Shown: positions 9,023 through 18,703 of the stretch, one piece after another | Layout: each line of letters opens with the position of its first letter | How positions within the stretch are numbered: position 1 is the stretch's first letter | NCBI GenBank assembly: GCA_031369745.1 | Contig: JANMPG010000232.1 | Location: forward strand, 1 to 42,303 | Direction: 5' to 3' | DNA length: 42,303 bases | Origin: Actinomycetes bacterium | GTDB lineage: Bacteria; Actinomycetota; UBA4738; HRBIN12 | Notes under the pieces: model-generated | The model's input: only the letters and a program-made list of their open reading frames with translations | What the model was told of the DNA's origin: nothing | Database searches by the model: none | Position numbers and translations under genes: made by a program

Positions 9023-9886
9023 GTGCACGCGATGGACGTTCGGCACGTCGGCGTGGTCGGCTGTGGCCTGATGGGCTCGGGCATCGTCGAGGTGTGCGCT
9101 CGCGCCGGCGTTCGCGTCACCTTCGTCGAAGGCGACGACGAACTCGTGGCGGCGGGTCGGGCTCGGATCGATCGCTCGCTCGGCAGCGCGGTGGCTCGCG
9201 GCAAGCTGAGCGAGGGCGAACGAGACGCCGCACTCGCCCTGATCGAGGGAGCGACCGATCTTGACGCGCTCGCCGGCGCCGATCTCGTGATCGAGGCAGC
9301 CACGGAAGATCCGGCTGCCAAGGCAAAGATCTTCGCGCGACTCGCTGCGGTGACGCGGCCCGAGGTCGTGCTCGCGTCGAACACGTCTTCGATCCCGATC
9401 GCGTCGCTGGGTGCGGCCGCCGGCCGCCCCGAGCTGGTGGTCGGCATGCACTTCTTCAATCCGGTTCCCGTGATGACACTGCTCGAGCTCACGCCGTCTG
9501 CGGCCACCAGCGAAGGAGCCGTTGCGCTCGTGCAGTCGTTCGGGACCGACGTCCTGGGCAAGACCTGCGTTCGATCCTCGGACGAGGCCGGTTTCATCGT
9601 GAATCGCCTGCTGACCCCGTTCCTGTTCGATGCGATACGACTGTACGAGCGCGGGTTCGCGACCCGCGAGGACATCGACACGGCGATCAAGCTCGGGTTG
9701 GCGCACCCGATGGGGCCGCTCGGCCTGTCGGATCTCGTCGGGCTCGACACGGTCCTTTCGATCGGCGAGGTTCTGCACGCGGCATTCGGCGGTGAGCGTT
9801 ACGAGGCGCCGGAGCTGCTCCGCACACTCGTTGCCGAGGGCAGGCTTGGCCGAAAGACCGGCGAAGGGTTCTACGAGTACCGCTAG
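9023..9886 (+). CDS. 3-hydroxybutyryl-CoA (3-hydroxyacyl-CoA) dehydrogenase
   Basis: VGCGLMGSGI Rossmann motif, ASNTSS, GMHFFNPVP, GFIVNRLL, HPMGPL, GRKTGEGFYEY. Confidence 0.95.
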   Translation: MHAMDVRHVGVVGCGLMGSGIVEVCARAGVRVTFVEGDDELVAAGRARIDRSLGSAVARGKLSEGERDAALALIEGATDLDALAGADLVIEAATEDPAAKAKIFARLAAVTRPEVVLASNTSSIPIASLGAAAGRPELVVGMHFFNPVPVMTLLELTPSAATSEGAVALVQSFGTDVLGKTCVRSSDEAGFIVNRLLTPFLFDAIRLYERGFATREDIDTAIKLGLAHPMGPLGLSDLVGLDTVLSIGEVLHAAFGGERYEAPELLRTLVAEGRLGRKTGEGFYEYR

Positions 9887-9892
9887 GACCCG

Positions 9893-10828
9893 CTAGCCGC
9901 GGGCGGCCCGGCCGGTGAGCCGATCGACCAAACCCAGTGCGTACCCGGTCATCTTCGCGACGTCGGTATAAGCCAGCAGGGCGGGGACCGCGAGCGTGGC
10001 GAGCGCGCGATCGCGCGGCGTCGTGACGCGCGATCGCGCGCGGACCACCGGGGTGCGCGCGTACGCGGCGGCACCGCCCGCGGCGAGCACCTTGGGCAAC
10101 GCATGGCGCGAGGTCAGTGCGAGCAGGAGCCCGACGTATGCGGCGAAGCGTAGCGCGTGGCGCTCGGGGTACATGCCCGCCTGCCCGTCGCCTCTCGCGT
10201 ACTTCACGTACTGGGTCCAGATGGCGCCGAGCGAGGCGCGCGGGTGCCAGCTTGCCACAGCGTCCGGCGCCAAACGCATGTCGAACGAGCGCTCGCGCCA
10301 CCGATGGTTGACCCACATGTCCTCGCCGATCGCCAGCCACTCGGGGTAGCCACCGACCGCATCGATGGCCTCCCGCCGGAAGGCGACGCTTCGCGCGCTC
10401 GGCATGAACGTCGCGGCGTCGGCATCGGCGGGGGACAACGGCATGCCGAGCGAGGACACGCACGCGCCCAACAGCGAGTCCACGATCGGCTCGGTCCAGC
10501 CCATCGCGATGTCGGCCCCGGCGTCCAGTGGCGCGACGAGCGCCGCCAGCCAGTCCGGGCCGTACGCACAGTCGGCGTCGGCCACCGCGATCACCTCGTG
10601 CGCCGCGCTCGCGATCGCGAGGTTGCGGCCTCGCGAGATGTTCGCGCCCAGGTCCTCGATCAGGGTGAGGCCGTCTGCGGCGCGAAGCGCCGCCACCGTG
10701 CCGTCCGTGGAACCGCCGTCGACGATCACGATCTCGTCGGGGCGGCGTGACTGCGCGGCGATCGACGCCAGGAACTCGCCGACGTGTTCCTCGGCGTTCA
10801 ACACGGTGGCGATCAGAGAGATCTTCAT
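9893..10828 (-). CDS. Glycosyltransferase family 2
   Basis: IVIVDGGSTDGT, GRNLAI, DADC (DxD), GGYPE and GED motifs; C-terminal TM segments. Confidence 0.9.
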   Translation of the reverse strand: MKISLIATVLNAEEHVGEFLASIAAQSRRPDEIVIVDGGSTDGTVAALRAADGLTLIEDLGANISRGRNLAIASAAHEVIAVADADCAYGPDWLAALVAPLDAGADIAMGWTEPIVDSLLGACVSSLGMPLSPADADAATFMPSARSVAFRREAIDAVGGYPEWLAIGEDMWVNHRWRERSFDMRLAPDAVASWHPRASLGAIWTQYVKYARGDGQAGMYPERHALRFAAYVGLLLALTSRHALPKVLAAGGAAAYARTPVVRARSRVTTPRDRALATLAVPALLAYTDVAKMTGYALGLVDRLTGRAARG

Positions 10829-11925
10829 GTCGTGGTCGGCGTTACCGCGTCGCGATAGGCGTCGAGGGTAGCGCGGGCGGTGGCTTGCCAGGAAAAGCCC
10901 GACGCACGCGCGGTCCCGTTCACCACGAGTTCTCCACGCAGCGCCCCGTCGGTCAGCACGCGGGCGAGCCCCTCGGCGATCGCCGCGACGTCGGTCGGTT
11001 CGACCAGCAGCGCCGCGTCGCCGGCGGTCTCGGACACCGCGGGCGTGATGGAGCCGAGCACGGCGACTCCGCGCTGCATAGCCTCGAGGACGGGAAGCCC
11101 GAAGCCTTCGTACAGCGAGACGTATGCGACCGCGTCGGCGCCGCGATACACGGCGTCGAGGTCGTGGGCGGACAGCCAGCCGGTCCGCACGATCGCGCCG
11201 CCGCCCGCACGGTCGATCTCATCGGTGATCAGATCGACGCCCCAACCGTCGGGACCCGCGAGCACGAGCGCATGGGGTACGTCGGGCGCGACCTGCCGAT
11301 AGGCCCGGATCAACCGAACCTGATTCTTCCGGGGCTCGAGCGTGGCGGGACACAGCACGTACGGGCGCGCGATCCCCAGGCGAGCGAGGACCTCGTCCAC
11401 GTCCAGCGGCGTGGTCGGCAACGAGGAAGCCAGCGGCGTCACCCGCATGCGGCTCGGATCCACGCCGTGACGGTCCTCGAGATCGTCGGCTGTCGCTTGT
11501 GACGGCACGACGATCAGGTCCGCCCGATGCGCCGCGGCACGTACGCCCGCTCGGTACAGCCATCGCCACGACGCCGGGAACGCTTCGGGGAAGGCGTCGA
11601 CGGCGAGATCGTGCACCGTCGCGACCAGCGCCGTCTCCCTGGGCGCAGGTGGGATCGCCGCGTGGTTCGTGGCGTGCACGACATCGCAGGACGCAAGGGA
11701 CGCCGGCAACGCAGGGCGACCCGTCAGCGCCCACCGCGGGTACAGCGAGCGGATCGAACCCGGCACGGATACGTCGGCCGAACCATCCCCGGCACCGACC
11801 TGGAAGGTCACGAGCTCAGGAGCGTCGGGCAACGAGGCGAGCGCCGCGGTCAGCTCTCGCACGTACGTTGCGATACCGCCCGGCGCAGAGAACCACAGCT
11901 GGTCGGTGTGAAACGCGACCCTCAC
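10825..11925 (-). CDS. Glycosyltransferase family 4 (GT1 fold)
   Basis: GGIATY, TVHDL, LEPRKN, YEGFGLPVLEAM and FSWQATA motifs; 4-nt overlap with the GT2 gene. Confidence 0.92.
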   Translation of the reverse strand: MRVAFHTDQLWFSAPGGIATYVRELTAALASLPDAPELVTFQVGAGDGSADVSVPGSIRSLYPRWALTGRPALPASLASCDVVHATNHAAIPPAPRETALVATVHDLAVDAFPEAFPASWRWLYRAGVRAAAHRADLIVVPSQATADDLEDRHGVDPSRMRVTPLASSLPTTPLDVDEVLARLGIARPYVLCPATLEPRKNQVRLIRAYRQVAPDVPHALVLAGPDGWGVDLITDEIDRAGGGAIVRTGWLSAHDLDAVYRGADAVAYVSLYEGFGLPVLEAMQRGVAVLGSITPAVSETAGDAALLVEPTDVAAIAEGLARVLTDGALRGELVVNGTARASGFSWQATARATLDAYRDAVTPTTT

Positions 11926-11946
11926 GCGCCCGCCCCCGCGCTCACG

Positions 11947-12213
11947 TCAGCGGACGTCGCTGCGTCCGTGCTGGGGCGGCACGCCCTTGCGCGCGAACTC
12001 GACCCACTGGCCATGCCAGGGCTCTCGCGCGTAGCGCCGGATCTGCAAGGCGCCGTAGCCGGTTGCTTCGATGCGACCTTGCAGCACCCACGGAGCCGGC
12101 TTCGGGTTTTCGGCCACGAAGTAGCGCTCGAGCGCCATCAAGATCGCGCGTTCCTCCTCGGGCGAGAGCCCGTCGGGGATGTCGATCTTTCGGCCGTCGT
12201 CGGTTTCGAACAT
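11947..12213 (-). CDS. Small protein, probable acyl-CoA carboxylase epsilon-like subunit
   Basis: 88 aa, 10 nt downstream of pccB; LSPEEERAILMAL...PAPWVLQGR resembles the epsilon-subunit helix followed by a Trp motif. Confidence 0.55.
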   Translation of the reverse strand: MFETDDGRKIDIPDGLSPEEERAILMALERYFVAENPKPAPWVLQGRIEATGYGALQIRRYAREPWHGQWVEFARKGVPPQHGRSDVR

Positions 12214-12223
12214 CGAAGGCTCC

Positions 12224-13810
12224 TTACAGGGGGATGTTTCCGTGCTTGCGTGCCGGCACGGACTCGCGCTTGGTCGACAGCATCCGCAGGGCTTTGATCA
12301 GCCGGGGCCGGGTCTCCGCGGGCTCGATCACGTCGTCGATGAACCCGCGCTCGGCCGCCGCGTACGGCGTCGAGAACTTGTCGCGGTACTCCGTGATCAA
12401 CTCGGCGCGCTTGGCGGCCGGGTCCTTCGCCTTTTCGATCTCTTTGCGGAACACGATGTTGACCGCGCCGTCGGCGCCCATCACGGCGATCTCGGCCGTC
12501 GGCCAGGCGAAGGACACGTCGCTGCGCAGATGCTTGGAGTTCATGACCAGATACGCGCCTCCGTAGGCCTTACGTGTGATCACGGTCATCCGCGGCACGG
12601 TGGCCTCGGCGTAGGCGTAGAGCAACTTCGCGCCGTGGCGGATGATCCCGTTGTATTCCTGCTGCGTGCCGGGCAGGAACCCGGGCACGTCCACGAAGGT
12701 CAAGATCGGGATATTGAACGCATCGCAGAAGCGAACGAACCGGCTCGCCTTCTCGCTCGCGTCGATGTCGAGCGTGCCCGCGAGCACCTTCGGCTGGTTG
12801 GCGATCACGCCGATCGTGCGCCCGTCCAATCGGGCGAGGCCGACCACGATGTTCATCGCCCAGTACGGAAAGACTTCGAGGAACTCTCCGTCGTCCACGA
12901 CGCGGCGGATCACCTCGTGCATGTCGTAAGGCTCACTCGCACGGTCCGGGATCAGATGCGTGAGACCGTCGTCGGAGCGCTCGGGGTCATCGGTGCTCGC
13001 GTAGGCCGGCGGGTCCTCGAGGTTGTTCGACGGCAGGAACGACAGCAGGTAGCGCACCCGCATCAGCACGTCCTCATCGTCCTCGCCCACGAACGCGGCT
13101 ACGCCCGACTTGCCCGCGTGCGTCATCGCGCCGCCGAGCTCCTCCATCGTCACGTCTTCGCCGGTCACCGACTTGATCACCTCTGGCCCGGTGATGAACA
13201 TGTGGGACGTCTCCTTCACCATGAAGGTGAAGTCGGTGATCGCGGGGGAGTAGACCGCGCCACCGGCGCACGGGCCCATGATCACGCTGATCTGCGGGAT
13301 CACGCCCGAGGCTCGGACGTTTCGCTCGAAGATGTAGCCGTAACCGGCGAGCGACGCCGCGCCTTCTTGGATGCGCGCCCCGCCCGAGTCGTTGATCTGG
13401 ATGAACGGCGCGCCCGTCTGCAGCGCGAGGTCCATCACCTTGCACACCTTCTGCGCCATGACCTCGCCCATCGACCCCCCGAACACGGTGAAGTCTTGCG
13501 AGGCGACGAACACCTTGCGCCCGTCGATCGTGCCGTACCCGGTCACGATGCCGTCTCCCGGTGGCCGCTTGTCGGCCATGCCGAAATCGTGCGCTCTATG
13601 CACCGCGAACGGATCGGTTTCGACGAACGAGCCCGCATCCATCAAGACATCGAGGCGTTCCCGGGCGGTGAGCTTGCCCTTGTCGTGCTGCTTGGCGGCG
13701 GCGCCCTCGCCGCCGGGCGTGAGGGCCGCCTCACGCCGAGCCCGAAGCTCTTCGATCCGATCTTCGACGGTGCGGTCCTGCACGACAGGCTGGTTCTCGG
13801 TTTTGGCCAT
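12224..13810 (-). CDS. pccB: Acyl-CoA (propionyl-CoA) carboxylase carboxyltransferase beta subunit
   Basis: [55 protein letters not shown] and C-terminal RKHGNIPL. Confidence 0.97.
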   Translation of the reverse strand: MAKTENQPVVQDRTVEDRIEELRARREAALTPGGEGAAAKQHDKGKLTARERLDVLMDAGSFVETDPFAVHRAHDFGMADKRPPGDGIVTGYGTIDGRKVFVASQDFTVFGGSMGEVMAQKVCKVMDLALQTGAPFIQINDSGGARIQEGAASLAGYGYIFERNVRASGVIPQISVIMGPCAGGAVYSPAITDFTFMVKETSHMFITGPEVIKSVTGEDVTMEELGGAMTHAGKSGVAAFVGEDDEDVLMRVRYLLSFLPSNNLEDPPAYASTDDPERSDDGLTHLIPDRASEPYDMHEVIRRVVDDGEFLEVFPYWAMNIVVGLARLDGRTIGVIANQPKVLAGTLDIDASEKASRFVRFCDAFNIPILTFVDVPGFLPGTQQEYNGIIRHGAKLLYAYAEATVPRMTVITRKAYGGAYLVMNSKHLRSDVSFAWPTAEIAVMGADGAVNIVFRKEIEKAKDPAAKRAELITEYRDKFSTPYAAAERGFIDDVIEPAETRPRLIKALRMLSTKRESVPARKHGNIPL

Positions 13811-13822
13811 GCGGGAAGTCTA
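13808..13822 (-). promoter_or_regulatory. Leaderless -10 promoter/start TAGACTTCCCGCATG of pccB, identical to that of the thiolase
   Basis: Reverse complement of 13808-13822 equals 21139-21153 exactly (15/15). Confidence 0.55.
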
Positions 13823-13866
13823 GAGGGCGGCGGGAACCGACGGGCGCACCGGCACCCCGAGGGGGC

Positions 13867-14313
13867 TCAGCAGTCGAAGACGGGCCAGCCGGCGGCCTTC
13901 CAGCCGGAAGACGCCTGCACCATCCGGATCGTCACGATCGCGTTCGATCGTCCACTCAGCGCCGAGTCCGACAGCTCCCACGTGGATCTGGTCCAGGTGG
14001 TGAAGCGCTTGGGCCACGAGGCCGCGGAGTGTTGGAACAACCCCAGGTACTCCCCCGTGGGTGACTGTGCCGTCGGGATCAGGCCGCTTTCCCGTTTGGC
14101 GATGCAGGTCGCGCGCGCCGAGCCGCCGGGTACGGGTCCGAAGGTAGCCACCGCGCAACGGATCTGGTGCTTCATGAAGCGCTGGATCGTCTCGCCGTTG
14201 GCACGGTGCGAGTTGCACGGCCCGGTTCGATGGTGAGCCTGCGCCGGGGCGACAGGGCCGAGTGACAGCGCGACGGAGACCGCCACGAGCAGGACGACGG
14301 ATCGCTTGCGCAC
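13867..14313 (-). CDS. Small secreted lysozyme-like/transglycosylase (SLT/Rpf-like) protein
   Basis: Signal peptide (AQA/H) and CIAKRESG...YLGLFQH, matching the ES and GLxQ lytic-transglycosylase motifs. Confidence 0.7.
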   Translation of the reverse strand: MRKRSVVLLVAVSVALSLGPVAPAQAHHRTGPCNSHRANGETIQRFMKHQIRCAVATFGPVPGGSARATCIAKRESGLIPTAQSPTGEYLGLFQHSAASWPKRFTTWTRSTWELSDSALSGRSNAIVTIRMVQASSGWKAAGWPVFDC

Positions 14314-14337
14314 GGAAACGGACCCTAGCAGGGGGGT

Positions 14338-14889
14338 TCAGTCGACGACCCTGCCCCCGGTTCGCCAATACGCACCGTGATCGCGATCGAGGAAGCCCTC
14401 GTCGACGAGGGAGCGGCGCAGGGCTGCGTGATCGTTGAAGAACACCCCCACGATCACGTTGACCTCCTTCTCGTCGTAACGGCGTCCCGGCTCGAACTCG
14501 AGTGCGACGCGCTCGAGCACGATGAGTCGCTTGGACCGCTTGATCGGTATCTCCGTGAGTCGCCCGTTGCGGAAGAACGTCTTGAGGACGATCTCCTCCT
14601 CGTCGTTGGCGGCGCCGAGCGCGAGCCCTGCCTCGCGAGGGGGTCCGACGAGCTCGGCTGCTCGCCGCAGGGTCTCGGGGTCCAATCGGTAGGTGCGCCG
14701 GTCCTCGGCCACGCGCACGACGCCGGCAGTGGTGAGCTTGCCCAGGTGGGCACGGACCCGCTTGGCTGCGACGTCCAACGACTCGGCCAGCTGATCGGCC
14801 GTCCGGTCGCCGCGGGCGAGCAGGCCAGCGATCGCCAACCGTTCGGGGTCGGCGAGGGCTCGAAGGATGTCGTCTGGGCTCTCGGGCAT
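14338..14889 (-). CDS. ArsR-like HTH + DUF2087 domain protein
   Basis: LRALADPERLAIAGLL HTH N-terminus; FFRNGRLTEIPIKRSKRLIVL...YDEKEVN...DHAALRRSLVDEGFLDR (DUF2087). Start at ATG 14889 with GGAG upstream. Confidence 0.85.
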   Translation of the reverse strand: MPESPDDILRALADPERLAIAGLLARGDRTADQLAESLDVAAKRVRAHLGKLTTAGVVRVAEDRRTYRLDPETLRRAAELVGPPREAGLALGAANDEEEIVLKTFFRNGRLTEIPIKRSKRLIVLERVALEFEPGRRYDEKEVNVIVGVFFNDHAALRRSLVDEGFLDRDHGAYWRTGGRVVD

Positions 14890-14916
14890 GTCGGTAGCTC
14901 CGCCTAGCATGCTGGC

Positions 14917-15834
14917 ATGGAGTTGACCGATCCGCAGCGGCGCACCCTCGACCAGCTGATCGGCACCGAGCGTCCCGTTTTTCCGGCCGACCTGGCCCAG
15001 CGGCTGCGCGACCGCATCGAGGAGGCCGCCCGAGGGCTCGATCTGACCCAGGATCTGTGGCTCGGCAAGGAGCGGCTCAACGACCTCGATCGGTGCGAGG
15101 GCATGTTCTGGTCCAAGCTGTCGGGCGAGGGGCCGCCGTTCGCCCACAACCGCGCGACCGCGCTCGGCGTGGTGCAGCATCGCGCGATCGAAGCGGAGGT
15201 GGGTGCGCGCGAGGCGCTCGACCCGCATGCGGCCGCGCTGTTCGCCGCCACCCGCACAGCCGACAAAGAGGAACGCTTCGCCGAGTACTGGCGCGAGCTG
15301 AGCGCCACCGAGCAAGACGATCTGCTGATGGAGGTCACCCGCCGTACGGCGCTGTTCGAGGGCTCCTTCCCCCCGCTGCGCGAGCTTCGTCGCGATCTGT
15401 CGCCGATCGCGGAGCTATCGATGAAGGCAGAGCTGCTCGGCGGCTCGTTGGTCGTATCGGGCAAGGTCGACCTGGTGCTCGGTCGCCCTGACACGACGCA
15501 ACCGATGCGTGCGCAGCGATTGCTGATCGACCTGAAGACCGGTGGGGCCTACCCCGAGCACGTCGAGGACAACCGGGCCTACGCGTTGCTGCACACGCTT
15601 CGCTTCGGCGTGCCGCCGTACCGGGTCGCCTCGTTCTTCCTCGAGGGCGGAACGTGGCAAGCCGAGGACGTGCACGAAGACCTGCTGTTCCACGCCGCCG
15701 AGCGGGTGATCGCCACGGCGCGCGCCGGCGCGTCGCTACGCGGTGGTCGCGACCCGGTCCTGACGCCGGGCCGCTGGTGCGCGTGGTGCCCGCGCGCCGA
15801 CGTCTGCCCGTCTGCGGATCCGGGTGTGGCTTGA
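14917..15834 (+). CDS. PD-(D/E)XK nuclease, Cas4/AddB/RecB-like with probable 4-Cys Fe-S cluster
   Basis: GKVDL...IDLKTG catalytic motifs and a YAL motif; N-terminal Cys (LDRCEG) plus C-terminal CAWCPRADVC. Leaderless TAGCAT at 14905. Confidence 0.82.
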   Translation: MELTDPQRRTLDQLIGTERPVFPADLAQRLRDRIEEAARGLDLTQDLWLGKERLNDLDRCEGMFWSKLSGEGPPFAHNRATALGVVQHRAIEAEVGAREALDPHAAALFAATRTADKEERFAEYWRELSATEQDDLLMEVTRRTALFEGSFPPLRELRRDLSPIAELSMKAELLGGSLVVSGKVDLVLGRPDTTQPMRAQRLLIDLKTGGAYPEHVEDNRAYALLHTLRFGVPPYRVASFFLEGGTWQAEDVHEDLLFHAAERVIATARAGASLRGGRDPVLTPGRWCAWCPRADVCPSADPGVA

Positions 15835-15858
15835 GCCATGGGACCCTGCCCCCGGCGT

Positions 15859-16932
15859 TCAGCGGGGCGTGATGACCGCGCCGCGAAGCATGATCAGCGA
15901 CGGGCGGAGCAATGCGTTCGGATCCTCACGCGGGTCGTCGGGGTACACGACCAGGTCGGCGGGCGCGCCCTCCTCGAGGCCCGGCAGGCCGAGCCACGAT
16001 CGCGCCGCCCACGATCCGGCCCCCACGGCCGCTTCGCCGGAGAGGCCGGCATCACGCAGCAGCCCGATCTCCGACGCGATCAAGCCGTGATCGACCGCAC
16101 CCGCGTCCGTGCCCGCGTACACGTCGACGCCCGCTTGGACCGCGGCGAGCACCACGCCCATGTGTGCATCGACTTCCCGCAGCCACGTGGCTCGGTCATC
16201 GGGGTGCAGCGGCATCTCGGTGACGAGATCTCGCACGAAATCGCCGATCAGCAAGGTGGGTACGAACGCCATCCCGGCGCCGGCCATCGCCCGGAGGTGG
16301 TCGATCGTGGCACCGTGGCCATGCTCGACGGCATCGAAACCCGCCGCGATCGCCTGCTCGATCGACGCGGGGATCGTGGCGTGCATGGTGATGCGGGCGC
16401 CGGATTCGTGCGCCGACGCCGCGGCCTCGGCCAGGGCGCCTTGCGACCAGTTGGGGGTCACCCGACCATCCTCACCGATGAAGTCGCCCACGATCTTGAC
16501 CCAGCCGCCCGCTCGCGCCTCCTGCGTCGCCGCCGTGCTCAGGGACCCCTCGTCGACCTCCCGAGCCAGCCCCGGGAAGTAGCGGCCGGGTGGCGCGAGG
16601 AAATGGCCTGCGGTGACGGTCCGCGGGAGTGCATCGCCGAGTTCGTCCGCCGCGTGCCCAGCGGGGCTTCCCGGTTCACGAACCATCAGCACACCTGCGG
16701 CGAGCTGGACCGCGGCACTCGCACGGATCGCCTCGTCGGTGGACGCCGGTGACCCGGGGCTCGCCATCGTCAGATGCGCGTGGGCATCGACGAGACCGGG
16801 CGTGACCCAGCCGCGGTCGGAAACGGTGACCGCATCGGGAGCTTCCTGGAAGGTGATGTGCCCGTCGACGACGAACACGTCACGCAGCGCACCCGCCGGC
16901 AGGACGGTCCCACGAACATGCTGTGTGCTCAC
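15859..16932 (-). CDS. Metal-dependent amidohydrolase
   Basis: PGLVDAHAHL, VKI, TMHA, EHG, AGTDAG and GAPADLV motifs. Confidence 0.9.
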   Translation of the reverse strand: MSTQHVRGTVLPAGALRDVFVVDGHITFQEAPDAVTVSDRGWVTPGLVDAHAHLTMASPGSPASTDEAIRASAAVQLAAGVLMVREPGSPAGHAADELGDALPRTVTAGHFLAPPGRYFPGLAREVDEGSLSTAATQEARAGGWVKIVGDFIGEDGRVTPNWSQGALAEAAASAHESGARITMHATIPASIEQAIAAGFDAVEHGHGATIDHLRAMAGAGMAFVPTLLIGDFVRDLVTEMPLHPDDRATWLREVDAHMGVVLAAVQAGVDVYAGTDAGAVDHGLIASEIGLLRDAGLSGEAAVGAGSWAARSWLGLPGLEEGAPADLVVYPDDPREDPNALLRPSLIMLRGAVITPR

Positions 16933-17038
16933 GCGGGGAACCCTAGCGGGGCCGCGGCGGCGCCGCGAGCCGAAGTCGGGGAGCGCTTGCTAGGGTGCCG
17001 CATTCTGATCGACGAGCCAGGCGAAAAGGGTGAGAACC

Positions 17039-18280
17039 ATGGGGAAGGACCTGTACGACATCGGCGAGTTGCCGCCGATCGGCGACGTGCCCGCGCAGAT
17101 GCACGCGATGACCGTGCGTCCGGATCGCTTCGGTGAGCCGAAGGACGCGATCCAAGACGAGGTGATCGACGTTCCGGAACTGGGGCCGCACGACGTGCTG
17201 GTCGCCACGATGGCCGCCGGGGTGAACTTCAACAACGTCTGGGCCGCCCGTGGCATCCCCGTGGATGTCACGAAGAGTCAGGCGCGCTGGGGCGAGCCGA
17301 CCGACTTTCACATCGTTGGTTCTGACGCGAGCGGCATCGTGTATGCGGTCGGCGGCGATGTTGGCAACGTCGAGGTCGGCGATCACGTGGTCGTGCACCC
17401 GGGCCAGTGGGATGCCGACGACCCGTGGGTGACCGCGGGCAAGGACCCCGGGCTTGCGGGCACGTTCCGCGTGTGGGGGTACGACTCGTGCTGGGGTTCG
17501 ATGGCCCAGTTCACGAAGGTGCAGGATCATCAGTGCCTGCCCAAGGCCGATCACCTCACGTGGGAAGAGGCAGCCGCGCCAACGCTGACGGGCGGCACCG
17601 CGTATCGGATGCTCTTCGGCTGGGCGCCGAACACGGTGCAACCCGGCGATCCGGTCCTGGTATGGGGCGGGTCCGGAGGCCTCGGCTCGCTCGCGATCCA
17701 GCTCGTGGCCTCTGCCGGCGGTCGCCCGGTCGCCGTCGTGAGTTCGGACGAGAAGGGCGAGTACGCGACGTCCCTCGGCGCGGTCGGATCCATCAACCGC
17801 AAAGGGTTCGATCACTGGGGAGTGCCGCCGGCCTGGGACTCCGCCGAGTGGAAGGGTTGGTTCGACGGCGCGAAGGCCTTCGGCAAGGCGTTCTGGGAGG
17901 CGCTGGGCGAGAAGGCGAGTCCTCGTATCGTGTTCGAGCACCCGGGTCAGGACACGATCCCGACATCGAACTTCGTGTGCGATCGCGGGGGCATGATCGT
18001 GATCTGCGCCGGCACCTCCGGCTACGACACGATGATCGACGTTCGCTATCTGTGGTTCATGCAGAAGCGCTACCAGGGTTCACACCTGATGAACGATGAC
18101 CAGGCGATGGCCTTCAACGACCTGGTGCGCGAGGGCAAGATCGTGACGACGCTCGGGCACACCTACGGCTACCACGAGATCCCGCGCGCGCATCAACTGA
18201 TGGGGGAGGGCACCTTGCCGGAGGGCAACGTGAGCTGTCTGGTCAACGCCGCGAAGCCGGGGATGACCGGCTTGTCGTAG
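17039..18280 (+). CDS. ccr: Crotonyl-CoA carboxylase/reductase
   Basis: KDLYDIGELPP, AAGVNFNNVWA, GSDASG, RVWGY, LTWEEAA, VWGGSGGLGS, IVFEHPG, DVRYLWFMQKR and GSH motifs. Confidence 0.9.
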   Translation: MGKDLYDIGELPPIGDVPAQMHAMTVRPDRFGEPKDAIQDEVIDVPELGPHDVLVATMAAGVNFNNVWAARGIPVDVTKSQARWGEPTDFHIVGSDASGIVYAVGGDVGNVEVGDHVVVHPGQWDADDPWVTAGKDPGLAGTFRVWGYDSCWGSMAQFTKVQDHQCLPKADHLTWEEAAAPTLTGGTAYRMLFGWAPNTVQPGDPVLVWGGSGGLGSLAIQLVASAGGRPVAVVSSDEKGEYATSLGAVGSINRKGFDHWGVPPAWDSAEWKGWFDGAKAFGKAFWEALGEKASPRIVFEHPGQDTIPTSNFVCDRGGMIVICAGTSGYDTMIDVRYLWFMQKRYQGSHLMNDDQAMAFNDLVREGKIVTTLGHTYGYHEIPRAHQLMGEGTLPEGNVSCLVNAAKPGMTGLS

Positions 18281-18292
18281 CGAGCCTCCGCG

Positions 18293-18703
18293 TCACCGCT
18301 CCTGCACGAGCTCCACGAGTACGCCGCCGATGGCCCTCGGGTGCACGAACGCGATCAGCGTGTTGCGAGAGCCCGCCCGAGGGGCGTCGTCGATCAGACG
18401 TGCTCCCTGCGATCGCATGTGGTCGAGGGCCGTCGCGATGTCCTCGACGCGGTAGGCGATGTGGTGGACACCGGGTCCCCGCGTCGCGAGCGCGCGACCC
18501 ACCGGCGTGTCGGGCCCGAGCGCTCCCAACAGCTGGATGTAGGACGAGCCGACGGCGAACAGAACCTCTTCTACCCCTTGGTCCTCGACGCGTTCGCGGT
18601 GGGCGGGCACCACCCCCAGCAGCCGCTCGTACTCGGCGACCGCCGCGTCGAGGTCGGCCACGGCGATGCCGACGTGATCGACGTCGGTCAGCGATATCGT
18701 CAT
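18293..18703 (-). CDS. mce: Methylmalonyl-/ethylmalonyl-CoA epimerase
   Basis: DHVGIAV, EDQGV, GPGVHHIAYRV and AFVHPRAIGGVLVELVQ; convergent with ccr. Confidence 0.92.
   Translation of the reverse strand: MTISLTDVDHVGIAVADLDAAVAEYERLLGVVPAHRERVEDQGVEEVLFAVGSSYIQLLGALGPDTPVGRALATRGPGVHHIAYRVEDIATALDHMRSQGARLIDDAPRAGSRNTLIAFVHPRAIGGVLVELVQER

Noticed and set aside
12179-14236. Long antisense/alternate-frame ORFs (e.g. 12179-14236 +, 27853-29829 +, 29028-31007 +, 33108-35150 -, 4944-6404 -)
   Set aside because: They are shadows of well-supported genes on the opposite strand; high GC suppresses stop codons and the translations carry no family motifs.
14917-15900. CRISPR-Cas locus suggested by the Cas4-like nuclease
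   Set aside because: No repeat-spacer array or other cas genes seen anywhere in the window.
16940-16996. Inverted repeat ACCCTAGC...GCTAGGGT as an operator or mobile-element end
   Set aside because: Explained more simply as two divergent TAGGGT -10 elements for the amidohydrolase and ccr.
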